64,000 nt of DNA from assembly GCA_964016885.1 (NCBI GenBank), contig OZ024740.1, positions 110,298,001-110,362,000 on the forward strand. The letters run 5' to 3'. How positions within the stretch are numbered: position 1 is the stretch's first letter; each line of letters opens with the position of its first letter. The notes beneath the pieces are model-generated. The model ran no database searches. It saw only the letters and a program-made list of their open reading frames with translations, and was not told the origin of the DNA. Positions 28,541-42,201 of this stretch are shown one piece after another. Source of the stretch: Eledone cirrhosa (lineage: Eukaryota). Position numbers and translations under genes: made by a program.

Positions 28541-28576
28541 TCTTGACGTTTCGGACACTAGTCCTTCATCAGAAGA
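28541..28576 (-). ncRNA. Minimal type I hammerhead ribozyme
   Basis: UCUU-CUGAUGA-A-GGAC-UAGU-GUCC-GAAAC-GUC-AAGA. Confidence 0.8.
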
Positions 28577-28696
28577 AAGAAGAAGAAATAAGATAGATTG
28601 AAAGAGCAGGCGGGTTGGAATTGGAAAGAATGTCTTTAGATAAAAATAATAGGTCCATTCATCTTGAAATATATACATATGTATATATATATATAG

Positions 28697-28952
28697 AGAA
28701 ATATTAAAACAATGAAATTAAACAAAAAAACGGTTAATTCATAGTAAAACTCATTATTTTACGATCGTTTCTGGGGGGGGGGGTTAGTGAAGACGTATGT
28801 ATATATTCTTACTATGATATTTTGTAATATATTTTACATAGATCAATAATAAAATGGACATACGGGGAACTACCCCCCAGAAACGATCGTAAAATAATGA
28901 GTTTTACTATGAATTAACAGTTTTTGTTTAATTTCATTGTTTTAATATTTCT
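28697..28952. repeat. ~80 bp inverted repeat next to (TA)n, probable PLE-type 3' remnant
   Basis: 28697-28778 versus 28873-28952. Contains GAAAC-GAUC-GUA, which resembles the 3' half of an HHR. Confidence 0.7.
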
Positions 28953-29093
28953 ATTTTTGACTCTGTATCCAATGAATTATATTGTTGAAAATTTTGTACT
29001 TTAAACTTTGCTTCACGACATCTACATACGGATTACATTAAGTTCTTCATACGGTTTGGACCCTACCATTGATTGGTAGATTTATATATATAT

Positions 29094-29189
<96 letters not shown>

Positions 29190-29566
29190 CATTTATTAAC
29201 TGACCATTGTTTCTACCCGGGTTATGCTACCTATAACGAATTATTTTATTTAATAATTCGTGACTAGTTAGTAGACCACAGGTGTCAAGGGAGTTTATTT
29301 GATACAATCAACTTAAAATAATCTTGAGAACAGATAATACATAAATCACTCAGTAAAATATCACAATAAAAAAAATTAACGGTTGATAAATCGTATCCAA
29401 AATCTGGTTTGAAAAAGAAACAATTGTCAGTTCATAAATGCCTTAATTTTCGGTTCATATTCAAATTATAAATACATAACAGCTCTGCATGACCCTCGTT
29501 GCATTGAGCTAAAAAAACAACCTGTACATGAGTTCACTTATTCCCATTGATATTATAATTATATTA

Positions 29567-29618
<52 letters not shown>

Positions 29619-29704
29619 AAAAAGGGAAACAGAAATAACAACACAATCGGTACAGTATATGGAAGGAATATATTAAGTTAAGGCTTGAAATAGCAGGAAG
29701 AGGG

Positions 29705-29740
29705 TCTTGACGTTTCGAACGTCAGTCCTTCATCTCAAGA
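29705..29740 (-). ncRNA. Degenerate hammerhead, same family as 28541
   Basis: UCUU-GAGAUGA-A-GGAC-UGAC-GUUC-GAAAC-GUC-AAGA. The ~210 bp context 29620-29840 is homologous to 28455-28670. Confidence 0.6.
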
Positions 29741-29835
29741 AATAATGAGAAATTAGAAAGATTGAAGGGGCGGGCGGGGCGGAATCGTAAAAAAATGTTT
29801 TTAGAGAAAAATAACAATAACAGGCCCATTCATGT

Positions 29836-29875
<40 letters not shown>

Positions 29876-30641
29876 GTCAAATCGGACCGCGGAAACAATG
29901 CTTCCACCGGTCTTTCCAGTTGCTAATACTATCTATCGGTCGCAACTCCAGGTAGAAGGAGCAACGTGAAATAAAGTGTCATGCTCAAGGACATAACGCA
30001 TCGCCCAGTCCAGGAATCGAACACACAACCTCACAATTGCGAATCCAATTCTCTAACCACTCAGCCACACGCCTATCGACTGTCGATATATACATTAAAA
30101 ATTGGCGGTAGCACTCAGACAGTGTTTAAGTATATTAGAGTTGTATTTGAAAACATGTATAAACATTTATAATACAATAAACATATGGGTATTCCTTGGT
30201 GAATATATCGCCGAGTTGCCAGTATGTTCTAATAATTGTTTCTACTTTAGGCACAAGGCCAGCAATTACCCAGTGCATTACTGGTACTTTATTTTATCGA
30301 CCCCGTAAGAATGAAAGGCAAAGTCAACCTCGGCGGAATTTGAACTCAGATCGTAAAGGGACGTAACTATGCTGGAAAGCAGGGCGTCCGACCCTCTACC
30401 GATACTGCCAATCCATGTTCTAAAATGTCAGGCAGCGCTGTTTCAAGATTTATTAATCTTTCATGAGTGACCTACTGGCATGAAATAGACTCTAGTCTAT
30501 AAACAATTTTGCGTCAGGATCACTTGCTGGATATACTCATATGCATATAAGTAGAATATATCGGATGTATGTGGTCATTTCCATCTATTGCCAGCTTGGC
30601 TGGTTATATTTAATTGGCGGTAGCAGTGAGACAGTGTTTAA

Positions 30642-30701
<60 letters not shown>

Positions 30702-30860
30702 ATGTGTGTACATGCTTGCGCGTGTGTATATGTGTGTAGCATCAACAAATAATGCGCACAGAAAGCAGTTACATAAGATGAGCGGATAACTGCATGTCTG
30801 GACCTCTCCGACCACCATCTGCTGTCCTATTTGTGTGTGTGTGTGTGCATATATATATAC

Positions 30861-30894
<34 letters not shown>

Positions 30895-30937
30895 GTGCTT
30901 ATGTATATGTAGTGTGATTGATAGATGATAGATAGAT

Positions 30938-30999
<62 letters not shown>

Positions 31000-31211
31000 T
31001 GTATATATATATATGTATATAAATGGCCAAATAGGCGGTTGACTGGCTTAATGGATTGATCGATATTTGAATGAAGGCAGATGAATACATCACGGACTAG
31101 ATATATAGATGGGTATATATGAAGAGCTACATAGGTGGGTAAATTATATATTGATATATATATACACATATGTATGTTTGTATGTATGTATGTATGTATG
31201 TATGTATATAT

Positions 31212-31290
<79 letters not shown>

Positions 31291-31360
31291 GTATATATCT
31301 TGATGTATCGTTCCTCTGTGTAGTTTTTCTTTGTTGACCTTTCTCACACACACGCACACT

Positions 31361-31463
<103 letters not shown>

Positions 31464-31616
31464 ATATACATATATATATATATATATATATTTATGTGTG
31501 TGTGTGTGCATGCGTAAGTGTGTGTACAGAGAGAGAGAAAGAATGATACAGAGTTAGATAAATCGATAGATGGATAGATAGATAGATATAGATAGAGGAG
31601 GGAACGAGAGACAGAG

Positions 31617-31699
<83 letters not shown>

Positions 31700-32029
31700 A
31701 TGAGATAAATAGATAGATTTAAAGTGATAGAAAGATAGTTATACAGATAGACAATATACTAGGCGAAAAAGGAAGTAAGGAAGTAGCGAAAATCAGCAAA
31801 ATTTCGCTGCAATTGGGTGATAGATGAAGACAAAGAGGCTATGGTCAAAGTTGAGGAAGAAGCACTTCAGCGCTCCCTGGCGGGAAAGCTGACCCACACT
31901 CAAGGATAATTTTTGATGATGGGAACAGACTGTGATTGATCGATTAATTTCTGTGCTTGCCAAACGGTGAAGCTAGAGTGGTCTATTGGGAGTGGATGGT
32001 AAGTTGATAGATCTGTCACTGGACTAGGA

Positions 32030-33515
32030 TATAGTGGTGGTGGCGGAAGTGAAGGTGGTGTTGGTAATGGTGGTGGTGGTGTTGTTGTTGGTGGTGGTGG
32101 TGTTGAAGGTGGTAGTGGTAATGGTGGTGTTGGTGGTGTTGGTGGTGGTGGTGAAGGTGGTGGTGGTAACGGTGGTGGTGGTGGTGGTATTGGGGGTGGT
32201 AATGAAGGTGGTGGTGGTGAAGCTGGTGAGGGTGGTAGTGGTGGTGGTTGTGATGGTGAAGGTGGTGGTGGTAATGGTGGTGGTAATGGTGGTGGTGGTG
32301 GTGGTGAAGGTAGTGGTGGTGATAGTGGTGGTGGGGAAACTGATGGTGGTCGCTATTGGGGTAGTAGTGGTGGTGGTGGTGGTGGTAGTGGTGTCGGTAA
32401 TGGTGTTCGTTGTGATGGTGGTGGTGGCCTTCGTGGCTGTAGTGTTCGTGATGATGGTAGTGGTGGTTATAGTGATGTTAGTGGTAGTGGGGGTGGGGGA
32501 GGGGATGTTTTTGATGGTGTTAGTGTGGTGGTTTTCATGGAGGTAATTTTGGTAGTTGGAAGCGGTTGTGGTAGCGGTTGTGGTAGCGGTTGTGGTAGTA
32601 TCGTTGTTGATTGTGGTGGTGGTTGTAGTGTTGTGTGGGTTTTTATGGTGGTAGTGGTGGTGATGATGTAAGTTGGAAGCGATGGCATTGGTGTTGATGG
32701 TGGCGTTGGTGTTGGCGGGTGTGTTGACGGTGGGGTGGCTTTACTCTTGTTGTTTGAGTAGTAGTGTTAGTGGCTGTAGGAATAGTGGCAGTGGTGGTGA
32801 TGGTGATGATAATGATGTTATAAGTGGTGGTGTTAGTGTTGTTGTTGGTGGTGTAGTAGTGGTGGCAATGGTAGTTGTGGTGGTGGTGCTGGTGGTAATA
32901 ATAGTAGTATTGTGGTCAGTGTTCGTAACGATGCGTGTGGTGTTAGTGTTGGTGTTGGAGTTGGTGGTAGAAGTGTTATTGTTAATGGTGGTTAAAGTGT
33001 TGGCGATGGTGGTGATATTGTTTTTGTTGTTGCTTTTGTGGTAGTAGTTGTAGTGGTGATGGTTGTAGTGCTGGAGGAGAGGATAATGGTGGTCATAGTT
33101 GTAGTGGTGGTTGCCGTGGTAGCAGTGCTGGGGTTGATGACGGTGGTGGTAGTAGTGGAGATAATGCTGTTGGTGTTTGTAGTGTTGTCGTGGGATAGAG
33201 GTGGTGGTGAGGGTGGTAGTGCTGCTGGTGGAAGCGATAATGATGGAGGCAGTAGTGGTGGTATAGGAGGTGTTACTGTTGTTAATGGTGGCCGAAGTGG
33301 TGGTGGTTGGAGACATTGTTATTGTTGGTGGTAGTGTGGTAGTTTTCACTCAAGTATGCTGGTAATAGGCGTTGAAGAGTGGCGGGTAATGTGGATGTTG
33401 ATGGTGGTGGTGGTGGTGGTGGCGGTGGTGGTGGTGATAATGGTGGTGGTGATGATTGTGGTGGTGGTGATGATGGTGGTTGTGGTGACAAGAGTAGCAG
33501 TAGTAGCAGTGGTAG
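32030..33515. repeat. (GGT)n-type degenerate low-complexity block
   Basis: Trinucleotide simple repeats. The poly-Val and poly-Thr ORFs are artefacts. Confidence 0.9.
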
Positions 33516-33720
33516 AAAAAAAATGGTTCCATTTTCTGCAAATTAAAATTATACATTGGCTGTAAGTAAGGTAAAGATATATTGTGGAAGTAGAATCCCA
33601 ACGGCGAAATCTATCGTTTCAAATCATTTCCATTTTCTCGGAGAAATTATTTTCGTTTTCGTTTCTGCCCCTTCACACTCTCCTCTATCTTTCTAATTTT
33701 TCTTTAATTCCTCATTCTAT

Positions 33721-33755
33721 TTTCCAATGAAGGACTAGCGTCCGAAACGTTAAGA
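33721..33755 (+). ncRNA. Degenerate hammerhead, same family as 28541
   Basis: CCAAUGA-A-GGAC-UAGC-GUCC-GAAAC-GUU-AAGA. The downstream sequence is homologous to the 28455-28540 tail and ends in (CA)n/(TA)n. Confidence 0.6.
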
Positions 33756-33849
33756 CCTTTCCTATTATATTAAGCGTGAAACTAATATATATCTTCATTG
33801 AACTTCATTGTCTGTTGTGTTTTTCCGTTTACTTTTTACACACACACAC

Positions 33850-33941
<92 letters not shown>

Positions 33942-34955
33942 GTCCCATATTGGTATATATGGTATTTCGTCTTGTTTCCTTATCCAATGCGTTTAAAAGA
34001 CCCAATCTGCGTCGTTGTTTTCTTGAACAGCGTCCGTTATGTTTTCATTCTTTTAGATACATTTTTTGACGCATTGGGAAGAATAGTCCTATTTTTAAAA
34101 TACCCAAAACTATAATAATTCCGAGAAGACAGCCGATGAGTGAAAACTGTCCATGTGTCTCCCTTTTCTGAGTTTATTGTACGCGCTCGAACGCGCGCGC
34201 GCGCGTGTGTGTGTGTGTGCGTGTGTTTGAATATGTGTGTGTGTGTGGATGAGTGTATAAAGCGTGCGTGCACGCTGTATAATAGGTGTTGTGTAATGTA
34301 GTGTATGTATGTATGTGCGTATGTGAAAGGGGCTTGGTGTGTAATTTATGCAGTGTAATGTGTGTTCAAGGGAGTGATGTATAATGTGAATTACATAAGG
34401 AGTCAATACCAGGGTATTTAACGGCTTGGGCTGGTCTTACAACGTGAGTCACCTTTTCCCAGTTATGCACACCATTCTCTAATTTAACTACTGCTAATCG
34501 AATATTTATTAACTTTCACCAAATGTTATTTGACTGTCGGTAGGTCGAGAGGAAGGGGCAGTGTCCACAGCTTTAACAAACCCTCTGAGACCAGAGAGCT
34601 AAAGCAAACGATGGTGCTAATATCTTACCTAAACGGTTCCAAGTCTAGTTTGAGAAGACATAAACGAGTCTCGATTTACACCATGAAAGTCAATGGGACA
34701 TTACGTAATTCCACAAGATTTTCAGTGACGCAACACGTTTCTGTAATGGGGGGCATGTCTGTTTATATACACATATACATACATACATACATACATACAT
34801 ACATACATACATACATACATACACACATACATATATACATACATATATACATATATACACACATAGATACACACATACATACATACATACATACATACAT
34901 ACATACATACATACATACATACATACATACATACATACATGCACACATACATATG

Positions 34956-34987
<32 letters not shown>

Positions 34988-35191
34988 CATATAGACATAT
35001 ATACATACATACACACACACTCACACTTTCACACGTAAAGGCAGTCATATACACACGCACCCATATATACACATACGCACACACATAAACGTACACACAC
35101 ATACTCACACACGCGCACACACACACACACACGCGCGCACACACACACATATATATATATATATATACATATAATAGATACATATATATGT

Positions 35192-35390
35192 GGAGGTAGG
35201 TGACCTAGTGGTAAGGGTGTTGGACTTACGATCATAATGTCGTGGGTCGATTCCTGGGTTGCGTGCTGTGTTCTTGAAAATGAGTACCAGCAATAAATGG
35301 GGGTTTAACCAGGGCCGAGTCTTGTGCTCTCAGTTGCTTCATGTCATGAAACCGGGATAAGCACTGGCCAAATTAGCCTTCTGGCTTAAA
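35192..35390 (+). mobile_element. tRNA-derived SINE family B; other copies at 2370-2485, 2810-2940, 17277-17370, 29960-30072, 36567-36830, 46190-46300
   Basis: TGACCTAGTGGTAAGGG (A box), GGTCGATTCC (B box), and shared TGTG(T/C)CTTGAGCA..ACACTT..TTTCAC core. Confidence 0.7.
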
Positions 35391-35419
35391 ACAGACTTTA
35401 GACTTTATATATATATATA

Positions 35420-35820
35420 TTAGAAAGTGAGATTTTTTTTAAACAAAATGAAAAATAACCGAGGTGTCCTACACGAGTGAAAGTATAAAGAAAAAAAGAT
35501 GAAATCGAAAATTCAACTGGAGTCTTATTTAAAAATATATATATATATTTATTTGGTTCCTTTACCGGTTTCGCAGTTCTTCTGCTTTTCAAAAGAAGAG
35601 TTGAGATGGAGAGTCTGTGGTTTTTCTCACATCTGGTTGGTCTCTGAATGTTACTTGTTTTATATGGAAAAAGTGGCTCGAAATGCCAACTCTATGCCTC
35701 CATCTCAACTCTACTTTTGAAAAGCAGAAGAACTGCGAAACCGGTAAAGGAACCAAATAAATATATATATTTTTTTAAAAATAAGACTCCAGTTGCATTT
35801 TCGATTTCATCTTTTTTTCT
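35420..35820 (-). mobile_element. Fold-back HHR cassette (arms 35489-35611 / 35698-35820); unfolded family copy at 43538-43695
   Basis: ~120 bp inverted repeat carrying the U3-A8 HHR, with the tail ending at (TA)n. Confidence 0.75.
35558..35597 (-). ncRNA. Hammerhead variant with U3-A8 core; further copies at 35714-35749 (+) and 43547-43586 (+)
   Basis: UUCUU-UUGAAAA-GCAG-AAGAA-CUGC-GAAAC-CG-GUA-AAGGA. Confidence 0.65.
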
Positions 35821-36125
35821 ATAAATGCGGACGAAGCCATGGTAGAGGTAACTAAATATGTTCACTTTTCTCCTAGTTTATTTTACACCTAATTCTGTTT
35901 AATTGACTGTATATCTGGGCGATTCATACACGCTGTCGAAATACTCGATAAATATTCCGTCGCAACTGACGCGAAGGGCTACTTTCGGTTATTTGTCGGA
36001 GATTTCTTCATAGAAGCCTTTATTCTTATAGCTTGGTCTAATCGATTTTTTATATGGTTAATTATGCTAATTGGGAGAGGAAATGGTATATATTTTATCT
36101 GGTGAAACTATAGACATGTTTTATG

Positions 36126-36160
<35 letters not shown>

Positions 36161-36249
36161 CAGGTGTTTAAGAAACATGTAATATTTAATTAAATGTGTA
36201 TATGATGCAACACTGATTCTTTGTTTTCCCTTATATAATATTAATATTG

Positions 36250-36310
<61 letters not shown>

Positions 36311-36315
<5 letters not shown>

Positions 36316-36410
36316 TAACAGATTAAAGTTTACGCAAAGAATTTCTGCTTTCACCCTTAACGGGATCTTCTGAAACTCAGCGATTCTTTGCTTAAACTTC
36401 TGTTATTTTA
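36311..36410. repeat. Short fold-back element adjacent to (TA)n
   Basis: AAAATAACAGA..AAGTTTACGCAAAGAAT / ATTCTTTGCTTAAACTT-CTGTTATTTT. Related pieces occur at 37380-37470 and 53334-53386. Confidence 0.6.
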
Positions 36411-37478
36411 ATAAATATTTGCTGTATGGTTTTCTATATTTTTATATATATATATATTATCCTTGTCGATCCCGCTTCGGATATCAATCTTCACATTTAT
36501 TGTTATTACTATTTATATATATATATATTTATATATATATATCAGCCGGTACTTGTCCCAGTGTCCGTGAAACGAAGTGTTTTGCTCAAGAACACAAGAA
36601 ACAACACAGTCCAGGAAACGAACTCACGACATTATGATCGTGTTGTTTCTTGTGTTCTTGAGCAAAACACTTCGTTTCACACGTTGCTCCAGTATATTCA
36701 GCTGATAACAAGTACTAGCCGTAGCTAGGGCTTTAATCATATGATGGACTGGAGTCCTGTCCAGGGAGAGTCTTGTGTACTCAGTCGCTTAACGTCACGG
36801 AAACTGGGAGAAGTACCGGCTGAGATGAACTTTAGTCTATTAGAAGTGTGAAAATCTGACTCATTGAGTTATCGTTAGACCACCGTTGCTTCCGACAACA
36901 AGGGTTCCAGTTATGGTCATCGGAATAGCCAGGCCGTCAAATTTACGTGCCGGTGGCTTAAAGTCGTTCTGAGTAGGAAGAACATGTCACACAACCGAGA
37001 ATCGAAATCACGATCTTATGATACTTAGCCTTAACAATAACCCATGTACATCCACTGCTCGGAGCGTATTGTACGTGAGATAACGTGAGAATAATAAGAA
37101 TAAGAAGAAGTGTAGAGGCAAAAGGAGAAGAAAAAGTACGTGTAAAAGGAGAGAGGCAAAAGAAGGAGGTGTAAAAGTAGTGGGGGTAAAAGTAGAAGTA
37201 GAATTAGAAGGCGAAAATGTCGGCGGTGCCCATTGAAACATTTTCTTTATTTTTCAAGTGAAACTGAAATCTAGTTGTCTATTTAATAAAACATATAATT
37301 AATGTATTTATACACCTCTGAGTATACGGGTTCATTGTACATCCATCTCTGTATGTAGTATATGCATATTCATATATCCGTTATTTTAATAAATATTTGC
37401 TCTACGGTTCTTATATATTTGATATATATTTTCCTTATCGAGCCCTCTTTGGATTTTAGTCTTCAATTTTATTATTAT

Positions 37479-37553
<75 letters not shown>

Positions 37554-37586
37554 TATTCATATATATATATATATATATGCATATTC

Positions 37587-37669
<83 letters not shown>

Positions 37670-37671
<2 letters not shown>

Positions 37672-39863
37672 AATTAAAATACTAGAGTGTGTTGGAGTTA
37701 AACACCCTCTTCGTATTATAGAAATGACAGTAAAGGTATAGCTCAATGTAATTAAACAGAGCCGAAGAATTATGAAAATAAACCAAAGAAGCCTTCAATA
37801 CATCAAAAGTCTTTATTAGCTAACAATGTTTCGTCCTATTAAGGACTCATCAGGACAATTAAAGCTATAAGAAGCACTATCGGCCAATACAACCCAAAAG
37901 CTCAGAAGAATATGGAGTGTACATACATTAAAGCATAGGAAAATTATCGGGTAAAAATTTTCACGTAAAAATTGCTAAGGAAGTGAATAACATTTTGAAC
38001 CATATTACAAATATAGTCCAATGCAAAAACTAAAGCTAAACAAAGGTGGTGATATAGAGCGGGAATTATTGTACTATATATAATATAATATAATATAATA
38101 TAATATAATATAATATAATATAATATAATATAATTGATAATGATAATAATAATAATTTTAAAAGGCCCAATATACATATACATATATATTGGGCCAATAT
38201 GTATATATGTACACATATATACATATATATCAATACACATTTCCATCAATACAAGCACAAACTAACACTTATTAAGAGTTTAAATATAAATAAAAATAAT
38301 AAGAATAAAAATAAAAATATAATACATATATTATTTACAGTATAAAATGAAGAAGAAATGAGTAAAAGTAAACATATAATATATAATAATAAACTATATA
38401 ATTATATAATTGATAATCTCCGGTTAATTTGCAAAAACAATATAAATGTTACAAAAACACTATAATAACAATATTATAGGCATATAATCTAACAAATCAT
38501 ATAGAGTTACAGACCGGATGAGAAAAAATATCGTACAGAACTAAATTATGTTGGAAAAATTGTGTTGGAAAAATGTCAATACCATTGCAAGAAAACAGAT
38601 GGAGGTCAAGTTTCAATACAATTGGTGTAAATAAATATTATCCAAACATTACAAAAATTATAAAAATATAAAAATATAAACATATTACAGAATTTACAAA
38701 ATTTAACATAATGATACATTTAATAATCGGTAAATAATTAAGATCAATAGTACGTTTACAAAGAGTGGAATGATATAACAACTTCAATATCATATAATGA
38801 ACATAGTATAATATACATAATTACGTGGTTGGTGGACAGACATTTATGAATAAGTGAATAAGAACCAGACAGAAAACTACGCACGGTAGTATAAATATAT
38901 AAATAAAATCAACCGGAAATCGAAAAACAAAAACAAAAGTATTTACTTAGGTGTCACATGCAGTTAAGTAAAACATTTAGGAAACAAACCCGGATAAATA
39001 ACTAGAAAACCCTATTAAATTAATTAATATTGAAAGTATTTAAAATACATAATAAGTCAATACAAAATTAGCTATGGTTTAAGTAATCAAAATCTCCAAA
39101 GTTTAAGATATTTCTATAAAAATATCTAGAAAAGAATGAAATATTCTACTATCAGTTGAATAACGTTATCTAATAAACGGACTTTAAATAGAATTATGGT
39201 AGGCCAATGGGGACAGAAAAAAGAAATGTATGTAGGATACGAAGGAGCATAAAATCATAATCAATATACTGTATTATACAATAGAAAGGAGCATAAAAGG
39301 GAATTGAATGTAATTATAGTATAATAGAAGGGGCAAGTGACAAGTGTGTGTGTGTGTGGGGGGGGGGGGGTAATTATCTAAAGAAGAATCCAAATAAAAT
39401 AAAATAAAATGAAATAATATAAAATAAAATGTACAATCAGATATAAACTCATAAGGTGTTAATAGTGAAAATATAATATTTAAGAAGATAGATATGGTAT
39501 GGTAGCCAAAAGACTATGAAAGCTAGATTGAAAAGCTGTTAAAAACCAATAATAATAATGATGATAATGATGGTGGTAAACAAAAAGAACCTAAACTAAT
39601 TGCATTGGACTATATTTGTAATATGGTTCAAAATGTTATTCACTTCCTTAGCAATTTTTACTTGAACATTTTTACCCGATAATTTTCCTATGCTTTAATG
39701 TATGTACACTCCATATTCTTCTGAGCTTTTGGGTTGTATTGGCCGATAGTGCTTCTTATAGCTTTAATTGCCCTGATGAGTCCTTAATAGGACGAAACAT
39801 TGTTGGCTAATAAAGACTTTTGATGTATTGAAGGCTTCTTTGGTTTATTTTCCTAATATTTTC

Positions 39864-39866
<3 letters not shown>
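37670..39866 (-). mobile_element. Non-coding ~2.2 kb HHR-bearing element with ~250 bp inverted repeats, between (TA)n tracts
   Basis: 37774-38026 is the reverse complement of 39600-39852, and both arms contain the HHR. The interior is very AT-rich with no meaningful ORF. Confidence 0.8.
39761..39815 (+). ncRNA. Minimal type I hammerhead ribozyme; mirror copy at ~37811-37865 (-)
   Basis: CUUUA..GCC-CUGAUGA-GUCCU-UAAU-AGGAC-GAAAC-AUU-GUU-GGC..UAAAG. Confidence 0.85.
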
Positions 39867-39935
<69 letters not shown>

Positions 39936-40404
39936 TGAAATATGAAATATAAGAATCAAAGAACTGTTCAAAACATTTTTGTGCTTACAACTGTTTCCTC
40001 CAAACCGAGGTTTGGATTCTTATGTATGCATATATAGATTCTTATATATGCATATATATATATATGCGCACACATACACATATACACACATACATATATA
40101 TATATATACATATATATGTATATATACATATGTACATATGTATATATATATATACAAATATATATGTGTATACATAGACATATGTACATATATATGCGTG
40201 TGTATGTATGTATGTACGTACGTATGTATGTACGTACCTACGTATACATGTATATATGTCTGTTTGTCAGTTTGTCTGTCTTATGTATGTATGCATCTAT
40301 ATGTATGAGTATTTATGTATGTGTGTTTGTTTATGTATATATGTATGAATGTATGTATATACATATATATGTATGTATGTATGTACATATGTATGCATGT
40401 ATGT

Positions 40405-40979
40405 CAGGTTACCAGTTGGTGCTACTGGTAACATGTATCCCAGTACAACCTGTCTCATGTCTCAGGTTTCTTGGTGAGGAGGGTGACTTTGGACACCCGG
40501 CAGGACTAAAAACAAAACCTGTCAAAGGGCAAAGGAGCTCTTAAGAGTCAATGGCTATCCAAAATCACTGGGAGAGATGACCCCTTAGCCTTTGTCAAGG
40601 CAGAATTCTAGGAGAAGGAAAACTCTGATATAACACCTGCAGCCCTGATGGTATCCAATGATGTTGACTTGTTCTTCTTTTTTGGTAAATATCATCTTGG
40701 TTAAGAGAGTGGGACTGGCTTTGTGCAGTGCCTTTGCTCACTATAAAAGCTTCACAGCACAGGCATTGCTTTATATCTGGAGATCTCTCTGCACTTGTCG
40801 TCACATGGTACCATGGGCCCAGCACTATGTGTCAATAATTGTCACAAGTGTAGTGTTTGTACCAGAGTTTTCAAGTTGCTGGCTGGACTAAAAAGTCACA
40901 CTCGTTCAGCGCATCGGTAGGGGTTCTCCTACATGGATATAAAGTAGTGGCCGTACTCGAAAACGAGTTGGCAGCCACC
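40405..40979. mobile_element. 575 bp insertion in (TATG)n, probably retroelement UTR-derived
   Basis: Flanked by ATGCATGTATGT at 40393-40404 and 40980-40991. GGAGAAGGAAAACTCTGA resembles RTE 5' UTRs. The right end is homologous (reverse complement) to 58381-58425. Confidence 0.45.
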
Positions 40980-41699
40980 ATGCATGTATGTGTATATGCA
41001 TGCGTCCATATATGTATATGTACGTGTATGTCTCTATATATGTATATGCTGTACTTGCGTATACGTATGTATGCATGTGGCTACTGGACACATGAGTGTG
41101 CTAAGATAATATTGAATTTAATGTTTATCTCTCAGTTGGTATCACTGTAAATGTATAACACACACACACACACACACACCAAGCACTTACAGCACACATA
41201 CATAATACACACATACACAACACACACAAAGTAATCACACACATACATACAGCACACACACACATACATACACATACACACATACACACACACATACATA
41301 CACATACACAGCACACACACACACATACACACAACACACACACAACACACACATACACACACACACATACACACAGCACACACACACATATACACACACA
41401 TACACACAGCACACACACACACACATACAACACACACAATACACACAACACACACATACACACACACATACACATACACACAGCACACACACATACACTC
41501 ACACACACATACACTCACATACACATACAAACAGCACACACACACACATACACGCAAAGCAATTACACAAACATACACACACAAGATAATCACGCATACA
41601 CACATATACACACACATACACATATATATTTGTGGATGCTTCTAGATGCATATAATAATATATACGCGTCTCAGTGTGAATATATGCGTGTGTTTTCTT

Positions 41700-42201
41700 G
41701 CGTATGTTTGTGTGTATATACAAGCGTGTATGCGAGTTTTTGTGTGCCTGTGTGTATGTATGCATGTGTGTATATGATGCCCGTGTGCCTATATCTACAC
41801 GTGTGCGTGTGTTTACATATTGCAGCGTATGTTTGTGTGTATATACAAGCGTGTATGCGAGTTTTTGTGTGCCTGTGTGTATGTATGCATGTGTGTATAT
41901 GATGCCCGTGTGCCTATATCTACACGTGTACGTGTGTTTACATATTGCAGCGTATGTTTGTGTGTATATACAAGCGTGTATGCGAGTTTTTGTGTGCCTG
42001 TGTGTATGTATGCATGTGTGTATATGATGCCCGTGTGCCTATATCTACACGTGTACGTGTGTTTACATATTGCAGCGTATGTTTGTGTGTATATACAAGC
42101 GTGTATGCGAGTTTTTGTGTGCCTGTGTGTATGTATGCATGTGTGTATATGATGCCCGTGTGCCTATATCTACACGTGTACGTGTGTTTACATATTGCAG
42201 C
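41700..42201. repeat. 125 bp tandem repeat, 4 near-identical units
   Basis: GCGTATGTTTGTGTGTATATACAAGCG...TTTACATATTGCA recurs every 125 bp. Confidence 0.95.

Noticed and set aside
32034-33601. Long poly-Val and poly-Thr (mucin-like) ORFs
   Set aside because: Translations of degenerate (GGT)n sequence.
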